DNA of 64,000 bases, taken from Trypanosoma brucei (lineage: Eukaryota). The stretch covers positions 576,001 through 640,000 of the forward strand of contig CP000070.1 of NCBI GenBank assembly GCA_000002445.1, written 5' to 3'. The notes beneath the pieces were generated by a model. The model was not told the origin of the DNA, did no database searches, and saw only the letters and a program-made list of their open reading frames with translations. Position 1 is the stretch's first letter, and every line of letters begins with the position of its first letter. The translations under genes were made by a program, and so were the position numbers. Shown here piece by piece: positions 54,506 to 64,000 of the stretch.

Positions 54506-55963
54506 TTAATTTCGTTGACTTACATTTGTAGCGGTTGGTTTCGGGGGACGCCAGGAAGGCGTTCGTAAGTAAGAAAGAGGGTCCAATGGATCTGGTTGTG
54601 CCAAAGCCCGCTGAAACACCTCCGTCGCCGTCTGCACGATATGAAACGGTGGAGCTACAGTAGGATCACCCTGACACTTCCATGAAAGTGCTTTTTTATT
54701 CCCCGAAAGTTCCTCCCCGGCATCGTGTGGAGACCTGGCGGATGAGGTGGTCCAGCCACGACGACCTGCACGGCTAACACCACCCGCCATGGCGCGGCTC
54801 AAGCGCCCCATAAGTAGCACAGCTTTAGCACGGTTTTCGTGAATCTCATCTTTGTCCTCCCTAACTTTATTAACAGCGGCCCCAAGGTCTGTATTAAAAA
54901 GGTGATCGCGCGTCATACCGGTGAAGTCATCAATAATCTCGTCACCATTGGCGAGTACGGTGCCCTCCAGTTCACCTTGGATGGGAAAACTCAGCAAGAT
55001 ATCGAGTGCGGCAGTACGGAGTTCGTACGGCGCAAGCTCACGCCGTTCAAAGTCGTATAACCATGTACTTAGCTCCTGCAAAATACCGTTTTCGATTAGA
55101 TACCGCTGAAGCACACGACAATGGGCATACGCAGCAACACGGTCACAGATGCGGACACGTTGCAACGGTGGTTCGTTCCCAGCCATAGCACACTTATCAT
55201 CTACCCGCGCTTTCCGCATCGCGTCTACCACTGCAGCGGCCCTTTTGTTCAACAAATTCTGCTGCGCCTCCACGGACAGCTTTTTTGGCCGCGCACCATT
55301 CGTTGTTGTACTACTCAGCTGAGTGCCCTTTTTGGTGCCCTTGCGAGTCCGATTCTCCAGCACGTCGCTTCGGTAATCCTGCTGAAAGGAATCCAACAAC
55401 TCCGAGGATGAAGCCTGGTTTGTGTCAGCGATACCCTCGTCCACTAAACGATAATCGGTACGAGAACTTTTCCGCCTGCGCTTCTCCCTGGAATGTCGCA
55501 CACCATCTTTAGTGTCAAATCCCTCATAGACTTCAACATCAGCAGAATAATGTTCGATGTCATCCCTATTGCGTTTGGACTTCCGACTGCCACGCTTCCC
55601 TTCCTTAGTTTTGTGCGTGCTCCTCCTACTCTTGGATCTTTTTCTTGGTTTACCTCTTCTATCATCTTCGCCTCCGTGTGCCCGGTGCAACCGACGCTGC
55701 AGTTTTTTCCACCGTTTGTACACCTCGGGACCAAACTCTTTGGCATCCGCTTTGTTCTGAATAAAACGCAACTCATCATCTGTAGGTGTCTGGACTGCTT
55801 CACTACTAGCAGCAGCACCACGGTCACCAATCCCAACCACCTCCGTCTCGTCATCATTTTCAATACTTAAGTTTAGAGGCCGGTCTCCTTCTTCACCCAC
55901 TTCACTGTTTTCACCACCGGATGACAAAAGCAGATCCAACACGTCATCGTCATCACCACTCAT
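54506..55963 (-). CDS. IWS1/Spn1-like transcription elongation factor candidate (acidic N-terminus, basic Arg/Lys/Ser-rich middle, conserved C-terminal helical domain)
   Basis: The C-terminal block LSTWLYDFERRELAPYELRTAALDILLSFPIQGELEGTVL...DLGAAVNKVREDKDE...AKAVLLMGRL aligns by eye with the Spn1/IWS1 core ([29 protein letters not shown]...GLGRVV...). ATG start. RS/RK-rich region (RRGKPRKRSKSRRSTHKTKEGKRGSRKSKRNRDD). Confidence 0.5.
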   Translation of the reverse strand: MSGDDDDVLDLLLSSGGENSEVGEEGDRPLNLSIENDDETEVVGIGDRGAAASSEAVQTPTDDELRFIQNKADAKEFGPEVYKRWKKLQRRLHRAHGGEDDRRGKPRKRSKSRRSTHKTKEGKRGSRKSKRNRDDIEHYSADVEVYEGFDTKDGVRHSREKRRRKSSRTDYRLVDEGIADTNQASSSELLDSFQQDYRSDVLENRTRKGTKKGTQLSSTTTNGARPKKLSVEAQQNLLNKRAAAVVDAMRKARVDDKCAMAGNEPPLQRVRICDRVAAYAHCRVLQRYLIENGILQELSTWLYDFERRELAPYELRTAALDILLSFPIQGELEGTVLANGDEIIDDFTGMTRDHLFNTDLGAAVNKVREDKDEIHENRAKAVLLMGRLSRAMAGGVSRAGRRGWTTSSARSPHDAGEELSGNKKALSWKCQGDPTVAPPFHIVQTATEVFQRALAQPDPLDPLSYLRTPSWRPPKPTATNVSQRN

Positions 55964-56857
55964 CTTTCTCTCTCTCGCTTACACGCACACACACACAAAC
56001 AAACAAACAAATCTGTGAGAATTACTGCTGTTACTCTTTTTTCCCCCCTTTTTTTACGCCTCTGCACCTGAGATAGTTCGCTTACCTATCCCTTTTCTCC
56101 CAATACTTAAATGTTTTGCTTCTGTCGCTGCCGATTTAGACGTCTGTGGGGCTGGGATTTTGTTTTTCCCTTCCTTTACTTCCACGCAAAATTTATTTTG
56201 TAGTTTTATGAATGTTCTATCGTCCGATTATTAAATGCAACTATGTATATAGTATATTTGAAAGCTTTTTTTTTATGTGTGTGGACGATTTCCCCCTCCC
56301 AATCCCTACCTGAAATTTTTCCACCTATTGTTACGTCCATTTTAACGCCGTGGCGTGCAGGGGGAAAAAAAAAATGGGGAACAGCGAAGGTGCGCGATGT
56401 GTGAAAAAGACGACGAGTGGGGAAGGAACAAAATATCCCGAAGTTCACTAAAGGTGGCGCAGCTGTTAATAATGTGGGAACCGAAAAGGGGACAAAGGGG
56501 TCCCAACATGAAAGGCAACTTCCAAGCATCTGAACCGAAGTAACGCATGTGTAGAACGTACAGACGGAAGGAATGTGCTGCCGGAAAGGGGTTTTGGTGA
56601 CTCAAAATGAAGGGAAAAGGAGTAAATACAAAGCAAACACATACATGTTAAGGGCAGAGTTTGAGCACGCGGAGCAAAAGGTAAAATACACGCTGTCGTT
56701 TGCTTTTTATTCTCCGCTTTCATTTTCCCTTCATGATCCACACACCTCAATGTGCACCAACTTCCGAGAGAGCATCACACAGAATTTGGATTCATGCAAT
56801 GCAACAGCAGCCACCCTCAGATACACACAGGTAACAGTATCCAACAAACTTACAAGT

Positions 56858-58153
56858 TCATAGCTGAACACCACAAAGCACATCACCACGTAGACGAGGA
56901 GCTTTTGCACGCTTCTGCCGCCGCTGCTGTTCAGACAAAACTTCTATAGAACCAACAATGTTGGGATCAGTTGTGGAAAGTTCATCCCTACGCCATTGGA
57001 GGAGGCGCCCAACCAACACATTGCTCCGTGTCATCGACGGAGGTGACCTGTCTGCCGGAACACTTTGAATATAGAGATAATAAAACCGCGAGGTGCCGTT
57101 GAAATTGAACGACCCTCCCGGTTGTCCCCGTGATATGTTCCCGCAGGCTGAGAGAGAAGTCTGAAGCGAGGGGGAAGAAATGGCGTTGCCCACGTTAAGT
57201 GAAAAGCACAATTCAGTGTTGGTGCTTCCGACAGCAGGAGTTGACGGCGTAGTAACTGATCCTAGTGACTTTCCACAGGGCCCTCCGAGACTGAGGGTTG
57301 ATCCTCTTCTTGCGTCATTCCACGAAGCCGCATCCACTTGCACAGCGCGCAGAATTTCAGATTCACGCTCCACAAGATAACTAAGTTCATCCATCCCACT
57401 GACTATGTGGGTGTTCGTGTGACTATGTCTCGTGGAGGTCGCGGTGTCTACACAATCAATGGAAGCGGTGCCCCATTCTTCAACGAGAATAAGAGCACAA
57501 CGCCAACGACGTTGCAGACATCCAAACAGCCAATGGCATAACGGCACCTGATGACCCACCGCACGCTCAAAGTGGTGCAGATAGCCGCCTCTGCCATAAC
57601 CACACTCAACAACTACAAGGGGAACTGCCTCGCACAACTCCGTTACGGCAGTTGCCCTGCCGTGCATGCAAAAAACTGCCAGATCATTCACATCCATGCA
57701 GTGCACTACTGTAAGTCGATTAAGGGCCTCAAGCAACACCCCTCGCCGGACTTCACTGTCACAAGAAGACACAGCGCCATCAACTCTGTCAATTCCGTCT
57801 CCCACCACGAAGTTGTCACTGCCGTTTCCAACTCCACACCAACCACTCGGTGTACCTGGGTGCGTGCTCCCGCCTGAAACGGCCTCCAGATGCTCCATGA
57901 ACCGCCGCATATTGAAACCTGCGCCACCAGGGGCGAATAAAAAGGTCACCGCACCGCCTTTGCTGAGATGCGAAGCTGCAACACGACTCGCCCAGTGAGA
58001 TTTGCCGCTTCCCGCCATACCACCCACAACAAGGACATCACCCCTCTTTAAGCCACTTCCCGTGGCGTTGTGAAGGATTGTGGGCTGCAGGCACACGTGT
58101 GGGGCGTTAAGGCGCCGGACTAATGCTTGAGCACTCTCACGGTGTGTGGACAT
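56858..58153 (-). CDS. RecA-fold P-loop NTPase, candidate divergent RAD51 paralogue
   Basis: Walker A GDVLVVGGMAGSGKSHWASRVAASHL and Walker-B-like hydrophobic strand PLVVVECGYG ~130 aa downstream. The C-terminal 150 aa is Ser/Thr-rich and low-complexity. ATG start. Confidence 0.5.
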   Translation of the reverse strand: MSTHRESAQALVRRLNAPHVCLQPTILHNATGSGLKRGDVLVVGGMAGSGKSHWASRVAASHLSKGGAVTFLFAPGGAGFNMRRFMEHLEAVSGGSTHPGTPSGWCGVGNGSDNFVVGDGIDRVDGAVSSCDSEVRRGVLLEALNRLTVVHCMDVNDLAVFCMHGRATAVTELCEAVPLVVVECGYGRGGYLHHFERAVGHQVPLCHWLFGCLQRRWRCALILVEEWGTASIDCVDTATSTRHSHTNTHIVSGMDELSYLVERESEILRAVQVDAASWNDARRGSTLSLGGPCGKSLGSVTTPSTPAVGSTNTELCFSLNVGNAISSPSLQTSLSACGNISRGQPGGSFNFNGTSRFYYLYIQSVPADRSPPSMTRSNVLVGRLLQWRRDELSTTDPNIVGSIEVLSEQQRRQKRAKAPRLRGDVLCGVQL

Positions 58154-58851
58154 ATCGAATATTTAACGCTCCCCGTAAAGCACTCGGCTGGGTTGCTAAA
58201 GGATACATGTGAATGAGCATAAGTGTTGGTGTGTGTACAGAAAGGAATGAGGTGAGCAAAACGGGTGAAAAAAAAAGGGAAGTAGAGGATGTTGATGGAA
58301 AGAATCGATCAAAGTAAGGGGAGATTGCACAAAAAAAAAAAAGAAATACATTCCAATCTCAAAACACCCATCGAACACGCATACAGTGTTGCAACTAAGT
58401 TTGCGCAAGAAAAATTACACGCTGTGCCCCCTGAAAGCAGCAAGCAGAACGGTTTCCAAGACTGAAACTAACCGTTACCCACATGCAATAACAGTATATA
58501 CAGAGGCGCATTACATCGAACAAGCATTGAAAGAACCACACACACGCACAATCAATACCACACACCTCAGAGCGCAGAAAGGCCGAGTATAATAGTAGCA
58601 CGTGCCCGCAGACAAACCGGTAACAACATACGGATTTCATTGTGCGTAACTAACACAACAGAGGGTAAGAAACTGTCGGGTCACTCACAATACTTTGTTT
58701 TTCAGGTTTTATATCTTTATCAAATGCGCGATCACGGTGGAGGCTCGCGACGGACGGCAGCGAAAGCTCGGAAGAAAAGAGTAGAGTCAGTGAATGCGGT
58801 AGATTGTGATTATAGCGAAGGGGTGTGGCAAGACGAACATTGGAAGTTAAA

Positions 58852-61008
58852 TCACGTTGTGTTGCCTTCCAAAATCTGTAGTACTTCTTCAAGGGTTGGC
58901 AGTCGGCCTCTGCGAAACACCATCCCTCCGCCCAATGTGGTAACATGCTTCGCCACCTCCAAGTAGAAGTCCTGTGAAAGAACAATAACATGACGCACGT
59001 CCAACTGGCACGACGCGCTATTAACGAACTTCAGCAGTTCGTCGTGCGACAAATTCATCTCAAGAATCTGTGGAGTAAAGGCCTTTAGCAGCGCAGCAGC
59101 AACAAATATCTCAAACCGCGGAGTATAGGGGCAACAAATGATGACATCCCACAGGAGCATAGCATCCTCTACAGGGAATTCTCTTTTGAATAGCACCAAA
59201 AGCCAACGAAAGCAGAAAAACATATCATCAGCCCCTTGTATCCTCAAATGATTAAACAGAAGGGGCGCGGAGAAGGCCACAAGTGCTCGCAACGCGGTAA
59301 GATGCTGCTCCATTCCCCTTTTGACATCTTTAAGAATGTCGTTGCAACAGTGGTTTGCAATAAAACAACTAAAAATCATAAACGCCTCCACTTCGTCTTG
59401 GGCCAGAAGAGCAATAGGTGAAAGGATATCGCTCATGCCCTGACAATAGCCCAAGTCAAGGTTCAGCATCACGCGCGATAAGAGCACGTTGCGCAACATG
59501 CACAGTTTCTCGCCACACTCGTCAGCATATGCGGGAAGAAAACGGTCAGTCCGGAGTACATCCTTTTCTACTGCTACGCGCGCTTCACGAAATACGGTAA
59601 AATTCTCCTCCTGCTCGGGGAAAATGCTTTTCCATTGTCCTGTAAGTACCTCATACCTGCGCCTATATTCATCCCGAACGCGCTGACGTTGCGACTCTGT
59701 TGAACTGGTATGGCACCCGTAAACGTCCAACATGAAGCACCAAACCTCCAGCCTTATATCGGAATCTATACCACCCATGTACGCAACTATCTTGGCATGT
59801 TCAAACCTCTCTACATCTACGCGCCGCTCGTCGCCCACGAAACAGGTGTTCCACTCATTTGCAGTTAGCCTAGGACCCATTTGCCGAAGGTTCTCGCACC
59901 GGGAAATGCGAGGAACCTGAAGTTCGACCTGAGAAATCTGTGCAGCAACTCCCCCCTCTCCATGAAAAAAGTCGCCTCTTTCATCCCCTTTCGGAGGTGT
60001 GTCGGAGCAAGGGAACAGGAGAGACGGGTCCACCTCCACGTTGGAGGCAAACTCGTCCCTGCTGTTGGGAGAAGGCTCCAGGAGTGAATTAAACACGTTA
60101 GTGAGTTTGGTCGCAACCGTTGCCAACGGATTGCTATCCTTCTTTCCGTACAACATTATCTGCATATCCCTGGTATCCCCAGTTTCGTGAGTTGGAGGTT
60201 GCAGTGCAGTGGGTGTACCAGTACCCGAAGCAGTTCCCCAGAGCTCGTTGAGAAAAGAAGAGCGCGTATAACTACGAAGCTTGTTTAAGTGGCTCATTAC
60301 GGTAGTTCTCTCCTCCTCAGAACTTGAAAATTTTGTTGTCAAATTCTTTGGGTGGTGACCGTACACAATGAAGTCATTTGTATCAAGATGGCTCTGCGAC
60401 ATCGGCGATAAGACCCTCATCTCCGCTAAAAAGCTTGTAAGGCCCCCTTGGCAAAACGAAAGCATCACAATTTCTGCTGAGTCAAGGCGATACACTTCGA
60501 TAACACTCTTACCACCAACGGACGCCACACGCCGAATTTTATCAATGCATTTCATCTCTATACACGTTATGTGAGACAATTCAGTAGAAGAATCGCCTGG
60601 CTTCCCTACCACAGTAACCCCCAAAATCGGAGAATTTCTTGGAAACGCAGGCAGAAGCTTGGGACACTCACGAGGAATGTAAGAGTACGGAACCCAAACG
60701 AGGAATATGTCCTCGGTGTGTGCCGGTACATTCTGCGATGAGCCTTCACGAGGTGGCTGACCTCGTGACGGCAACTCAGCAGCGGTAGCGCTTATATCCA
60801 CATATGTGTTATTATTCGAATTCTTGTTGCGGCCACTTGCCCAATTCATGTGCTTATCGTCCCTAACCAACATTAGCATTCCAGCAGGGCTTTTCTTACC
60901 GCTCCCACGGTGGGCCTCGATAACAATGTGAGCATGCGATGAAATGATATCCGAAAAGCTGACACGGCTCAGCAACTGGTCCACGAAGACTTTACTACCA
61001 ACATCCAT
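58852..61008 (-). CDS. TBC-domain Rab GTPase-activating protein
   Basis: Arginine-finger motif VEKDVLRTDRF (IxxDxxR) and glutamine-finger LGYCQGMSDI (YxQ). Also RWLLVLFKREFP...LWDVI. The N-terminal ~330 aa has no recognised domain. ATG start. Confidence 0.85.
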   Translation of the reverse strand: MDVGSKVFVDQLLSRVSFSDIISSHAHIVIEAHRGSGKKSPAGMLMLVRDDKHMNWASGRNKNSNNNTYVDISATAAELPSRGQPPREGSSQNVPAHTEDIFLVWVPYSYIPRECPKLLPAFPRNSPILGVTVVGKPGDSSTELSHITCIEMKCIDKIRRVASVGGKSVIEVYRLDSAEIVMLSFCQGGLTSFLAEMRVLSPMSQSHLDTNDFIVYGHHPKNLTTKFSSSEEERTTVMSHLNKLRSYTRSSFLNELWGTASGTGTPTALQPPTHETGDTRDMQIMLYGKKDSNPLATVATKLTNVFNSLLEPSPNSRDEFASNVEVDPSLLFPCSDTPPKGDERGDFFHGEGGVAAQISQVELQVPRISRCENLRQMGPRLTANEWNTCFVGDERRVDVERFEHAKIVAYMGGIDSDIRLEVWCFMLDVYGCHTSSTESQRQRVRDEYRRRYEVLTGQWKSIFPEQEENFTVFREARVAVEKDVLRTDRFLPAYADECGEKLCMLRNVLLSRVMLNLDLGYCQGMSDILSPIALLAQDEVEAFMIFSCFIANHCCNDILKDVKRGMEQHLTALRALVAFSAPLLFNHLRIQGADDMFFCFRWLLVLFKREFPVEDAMLLWDVIICCPYTPRFEIFVAAALLKAFTPQILEMNLSHDELLKFVNSASCQLDVRHVIVLSQDFYLEVAKHVTTLGGGMVFRRGRLPTLEEVLQILEGNTT

Positions 61009-61503
61009 CTAATCCCCACCACCCTTCCCCAACCTTTTCCTTCACCCGTTCGCCTAATCACTAGTGTTTACTGTCCTTAATACGGTTCTTGAGATTATAT
61101 TTCGGTTACACCCCAGCTCTGGAAACTACTGGCAGTTCTAATGTTTCTCTATTTATTCGTCTCAAAATGAAGGAGAAAGTTTGCGGCCCGGCAACGCAGT
61201 TCTTGACAAATACGATGAAATAAACACTTGCGCAGGAACCCCCGTGCGTAAGCTAATTTTTAAAGGGGCAGCAACTTATCAGTCACCACAGCTGTTCTAC
61301 ACTCGACACCTCTCCGGTATTCCCCCCATGCCGTCGTCGCCTAGCCATAACAACAACAGTAGCGTTTCCACGTGATCATTAATATTGCACATCCGCCTTC
61401 ACCACCATATATGCGCAACACAAAAAAACAAAAAACAAGCATACCATCTATGGTAATAATAACAATAACAAAGGAAAGGAAAGGGGAAAACGTGCGTGTC
61501 ACG

Positions 61504-62655
61504 TCACTCAACGCGATATATCAAATGCACACCCAGCTCAGTTTCCACTGGCGCGCTTACTTCACCACTTTTAAGGGAAAACGCAACGGTGTCAAAGCCC
61601 TCCGTGTACGTTCCGCTCTCCACCATGCCCAGATCTCCATCACGCTTGGCAGAACCGCATTCGCTAAAGTCACGCACCACTTGTACGAATTCGTCCAACG
61701 ACCAGGTCTTCCTTTCCTTGTGCTGAGCAAGTATCGCCTGTGCTAAATTAATGGCGTCAGCCCTTGATCGCGTGATCTTCTCTCCCTTGTTTCTCGGTGC
61801 GAGAGAAGAAGGACGGCGTACATCCTTGTGTTTTACGAGTACATGGTAGAAATGCCGCTCGGTAGGTGGAGGCGCCCCTGCCTGAACAGAGGTTTCTAAC
61901 ACCCCATCACATGTCACAACCTCTTTAGTTTCTGCGGCAACGGATTCAACCACCGTTCTGTCTACTACAACATTACCCTCTATTCGCTCTTCATTAGAAA
62001 CAGCTCCCGACGTTGAAGGTGAAACCCGAGTGTCTCCCAATGTTCCATTCTGCTGATCCTCCTCCACACACTTCCTTTTTCCCTCCTCCGCTTCTTGCCT
62101 CTCTTGTTCCTCTCGCAACCTCTTGGACGATGATGGAGGCCCCAGTTGAACCTTGTAGACCCGAGAGCTAAACCCGAACTGAATGCTGCTCCCAACGGGA
62201 GCGGGCAGCGGTCGCCTCTTCTCGATGCGATTGCCATTTAATTTTACACCGTTAGTTGAGCCTAAGTCCATTAACACAAAACAGCGTTGCCCACCATGAA
62301 ACACAAGGACGGCATGAACGCTACTAATGGAGGGATGCTCAAGAACATAATCACAAACCTTACTCCGACCAAACAAATAAAACGGAAAACGATGCAACCC
62401 TAGTGCGGGTAAAGGTAAACCGTCACGTGTACACTGCAAATGACATGCGACTGAAGGGAGCGCGGCCCAAGGAGGGCATTGAAAATATGAGACCTGAGCG
62501 TTAAGTTTGGTAGGGTCCGTTACACCAATAATGTGCTGGGGAAGCTGCTTGGCTGCTTCCGTTAGTTCCACTACCTTTGGAGGTGGTGGTTTAGCAATCT
62601 CCGCCGCCTTCTCTACTGCTGCAACACGTGAGAGAAGACCAGTAGAGGTAACCAT
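61504..62655 (-). CDS. PAR42: parvulin-type peptidyl-prolyl cis/trans isomerase with N-terminal FHA domain (Par42-like)
   Basis: FHA core FYLFGRSKVCDYVLEHPSISSVHAVLVFHG...CFVLMDLGSTNGVKLNGNRI. C-terminal parvulin/rotamase HFYHVLVKHKDVRRPSS...SRADAINLAQAIL...FSECGSAKRDGDLGMVESGTYTEGFDTVAFSLKSGEVSAPVETELGVHLIYRVE. ATG at 62655; the track start is GTG. Confidence 0.82.
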   Translation of the reverse strand: MVTSTGLLSRVAAVEKAAEIAKPPPPKVVELTEAAKQLPQHIIGVTDPTKLNAQVSYFQCPPWAALPSVACHLQCTRDGLPLPALGLHRFPFYLFGRSKVCDYVLEHPSISSVHAVLVFHGGQRCFVLMDLGSTNGVKLNGNRIEKRRPLPAPVGSSIQFGFSSRVYKVQLGPPSSSKRLREEQERQEAEEGKRKCVEEDQQNGTLGDTRVSPSTSGAVSNEERIEGNVVVDRTVVESVAAETKEVVTCDGVLETSVQAGAPPPTERHFYHVLVKHKDVRRPSSLAPRNKGEKITRSRADAINLAQAILAQHKERKTWSLDEFVQVVRDFSECGSAKRDGDLGMVESGTYTEGFDTVAFSLKSGEVSAPVETELGVHLIYRVE

Positions 62656-62931
62656 TTCCTCCACCCCTCGCCCTCCACGTTTCACTTATCTTGCTTGAAG
62701 AAGTTACGTCAGCCCCACCTGCACAAACAGGATGAAATAAAGGAGACATAAATAATTGGAGAAGAGCGGTACTTCGAACAGAATTATTGTTTTCTGTGCT
62801 CAATATAAAGCAAAGGAACAAAAAGAGCACCGCATCAAAAAATCGTTAGTGTTGGTATTAGGGTAGAGAAGAGTCCACTGGAGAAAAAGAATACCTCCAT
62901 TTTGTCCACACCACACACCCATTCCATGCGG

Positions 62932-64000
62932 TCAAACAGCGCTGTTGCCGTTCCACTTCTTAACTCGTTCACGGTGGGCCCAACAGCTGTTCTGCTTTAG
63001 GCCCCATCCGCGGTATGGATCTGCCAACGAACGCATTACTTTTGGGTGCATCGAAAATGGATGCGCCGTTCGTCTGTGATTCATGAACACCATCTCACCG
63101 CCGCGGCCGTAGAAATTCCAACCACTTGCTGTATCGTGCAGACCCTTCGGTATCGGCCGCGGGTCTCTCTCCGGGTCGTCCTCCACGCAAAAAGCATTGG
63201 CTCGCTTTGAATGCAGCAAAGTAAGCCGCTCTCTAAGTTCGGCATCCATTTGTTCGGTGCGCTGCACGGTGCGTGAACGACGACGCGAGGCGAAGTGCCG
63301 CAGCGCCTCCTTCTTCTCACACTTTTCAATCCGCTGTTGTTGCAGTTCCCGAAGGCTCGCGGCGAGTTCTTTGGGAGGCGGCATGGAGCTGAACATCTCG
63401 GCGGGGAAGACGTGCGGAAAGTGAAGAATTGTGTAATAGCGAGCCTCCAACGAAACGGCACTGTAAAGGTAGAACAGAAGAGCCACAAGGTGCTGTCGGA
63501 TGCGGCGCTTCGTTTCGGCAGACTCAAGTTGTTCATGCTGCCGTAGGTGCTTCTCTTTTGTGGGAAAGAGTTCAGGAACCTGCCGCAAGAGGTGCAACGC
63601 CCTGTCCCATTGGCCTAGTTGCACCAGTGCCGGTCCTACAGTTCCCATCATACAATCTGTAATAACGATATCGTCTCGCTCAAGGAGTAACTGGTCCAAC
63701 AAGACTACTACCTGATCAGGGTGGCACACCACATCTAACTGCAGGGTTATCTGCACCTTTTCAACTCCACTTATCTGCTGTCGTTTGGAATCCATATGAT
63801 CGAGGTGGGAAAGCTCTGGTTCCTCCCCGGAATTAGTGAGCGTCAGCTCCCTTGTCTCACGGGGAAACGCAGAAAATAGCAAGTTTAGCGTCAAAGGTTT
63901 GAGGGGATGGCTGGTCCTTACAAGCGGGTGGGTGCATCCGGAGAGATAACAATCTCTGAACAACCTTACTGCCTCCTTCCACCGCTTTTGGTCTCCCAAT
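62932..64000 (-). CDS. hypothetical protein, 5'-truncated by window edge
   Basis: The minus ORF is open to the end of the window. The first codon at 63999 is TTG, not a real start, so the gene continues beyond 64000. Helical, Leu-rich composition. No domain recognised. Confidence 0.45.
   Translation of the reverse strand, partial: LGDQKRWKEAVRLFRDCYLSGCTHPLVRTSHPLKPLTLNLLFSAFPRETRELTLTNSGEEPELSHLDHMDSKRQQISGVEKVQITLQLDVVCHPDQVVVLLDQLLLERDDIVITDCMMGTVGPALVQLGQWDRALHLLRQVPELFPTKEKHLRQHEQLESAETKRRIRQHLVALLFYLYSAVSLEARYYTILHFPHVFPAEMFSSMPPPKELAASLRELQQQRIEKCEKKEALRHFASRRRSRTVQRTEQMDAELRERLTLLHSKRANAFCVEDDPERDPRPIPKGLHDTASGWNFYGRGGEMVFMNHRRTAHPFSMHPKVMRSLADPYRGWGLKQNSCWAHRERVKKWNGNSAV

Noticed and set aside
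56206-56750. Three overlapping minus-strand ORFs (56206-56529, 56342-56605, 56466-56750) between the IWS1-like and RecA-like genes
   Set aside because: They overlap each other in different frames, are Pro/Phe/Ser/His-rich and lack motifs. They are most likely 3' UTR or spacer sequence.
1-64000. CRISPR arrays, prokaryotic defence systems, operons
   Set aside because: Sequence features such as intronless unidirectional genes with SL-type spacers, trypanosomatid-style low-complexity intergenic sequence and typically eukaryotic gene products indicate a kinetoplastid nuclear locus. No short direct-repeat/spacer array is present.

Overview
The window is most consistent with a kinetoplastid, Trypanosoma brucei-like, nuclear chromosome-internal region: intronless genes, low-complexity spacers, and the products listed below. 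I support about 27 protein-coding genes, all on the minus strand. Together they form one uninterrupted directional polycistronic unit read from high to low coordinates. Genes are separated by 0.5-1.5 kb low-complexity spacers with (TA)n/(TG)n microsatellites, homopolymer runs and polypyrimidine tracts on the coding strand. There is one unusually long coding desert of about 4.5 kb (45733-50237). Recognisable products are: CPT-II-like carnitine acyltransferase, p47/Shp1 SEP-UBX cofactor, DNA primase small subunit, a cyclic-nucleotide-binding-domain protein, 40S ribosomal protein S15 (uS19), NAA30/Mak3-type N-acetyltransferase, an Arc1p/AIMP1-like GST + EMAPII tRNA-binding protein, a mitofusin-like dynamin-superfamily GTPase, a GSK3-family kinase with insertions, pyrroline-5-carboxylate reductase, an IWS1/Spn1-like protein, a RecA-fold P-loop protein, a TBC-domain RabGAP and the FHA+parvulin isomerase Par42. 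RPS15 is present as two nucleotide-identical copies 7.1 kb apart, bracketing two unrelated genes. A large ORF carries 5.5 copies of a near-identical 195-bp tandem repeat (65-aa unit) plus 2 copies of a 180-bp repeat. I saw no rRNA, tRNA, CRISPR or clear mobile element. Many ORF-track starts are TTG/GTG codons, so I re-anchored those CDS at the first in-frame ATG. All plus-strand ORFs look spurious: they are antisense to real genes or low-complexity. As expected for a eukaryotic housekeeping locus, there is no defence island. The most notable items are the repeat-protein array, the RPS15 gene-conversion pair, the orphan CNB-domain protein and the long coding desert.
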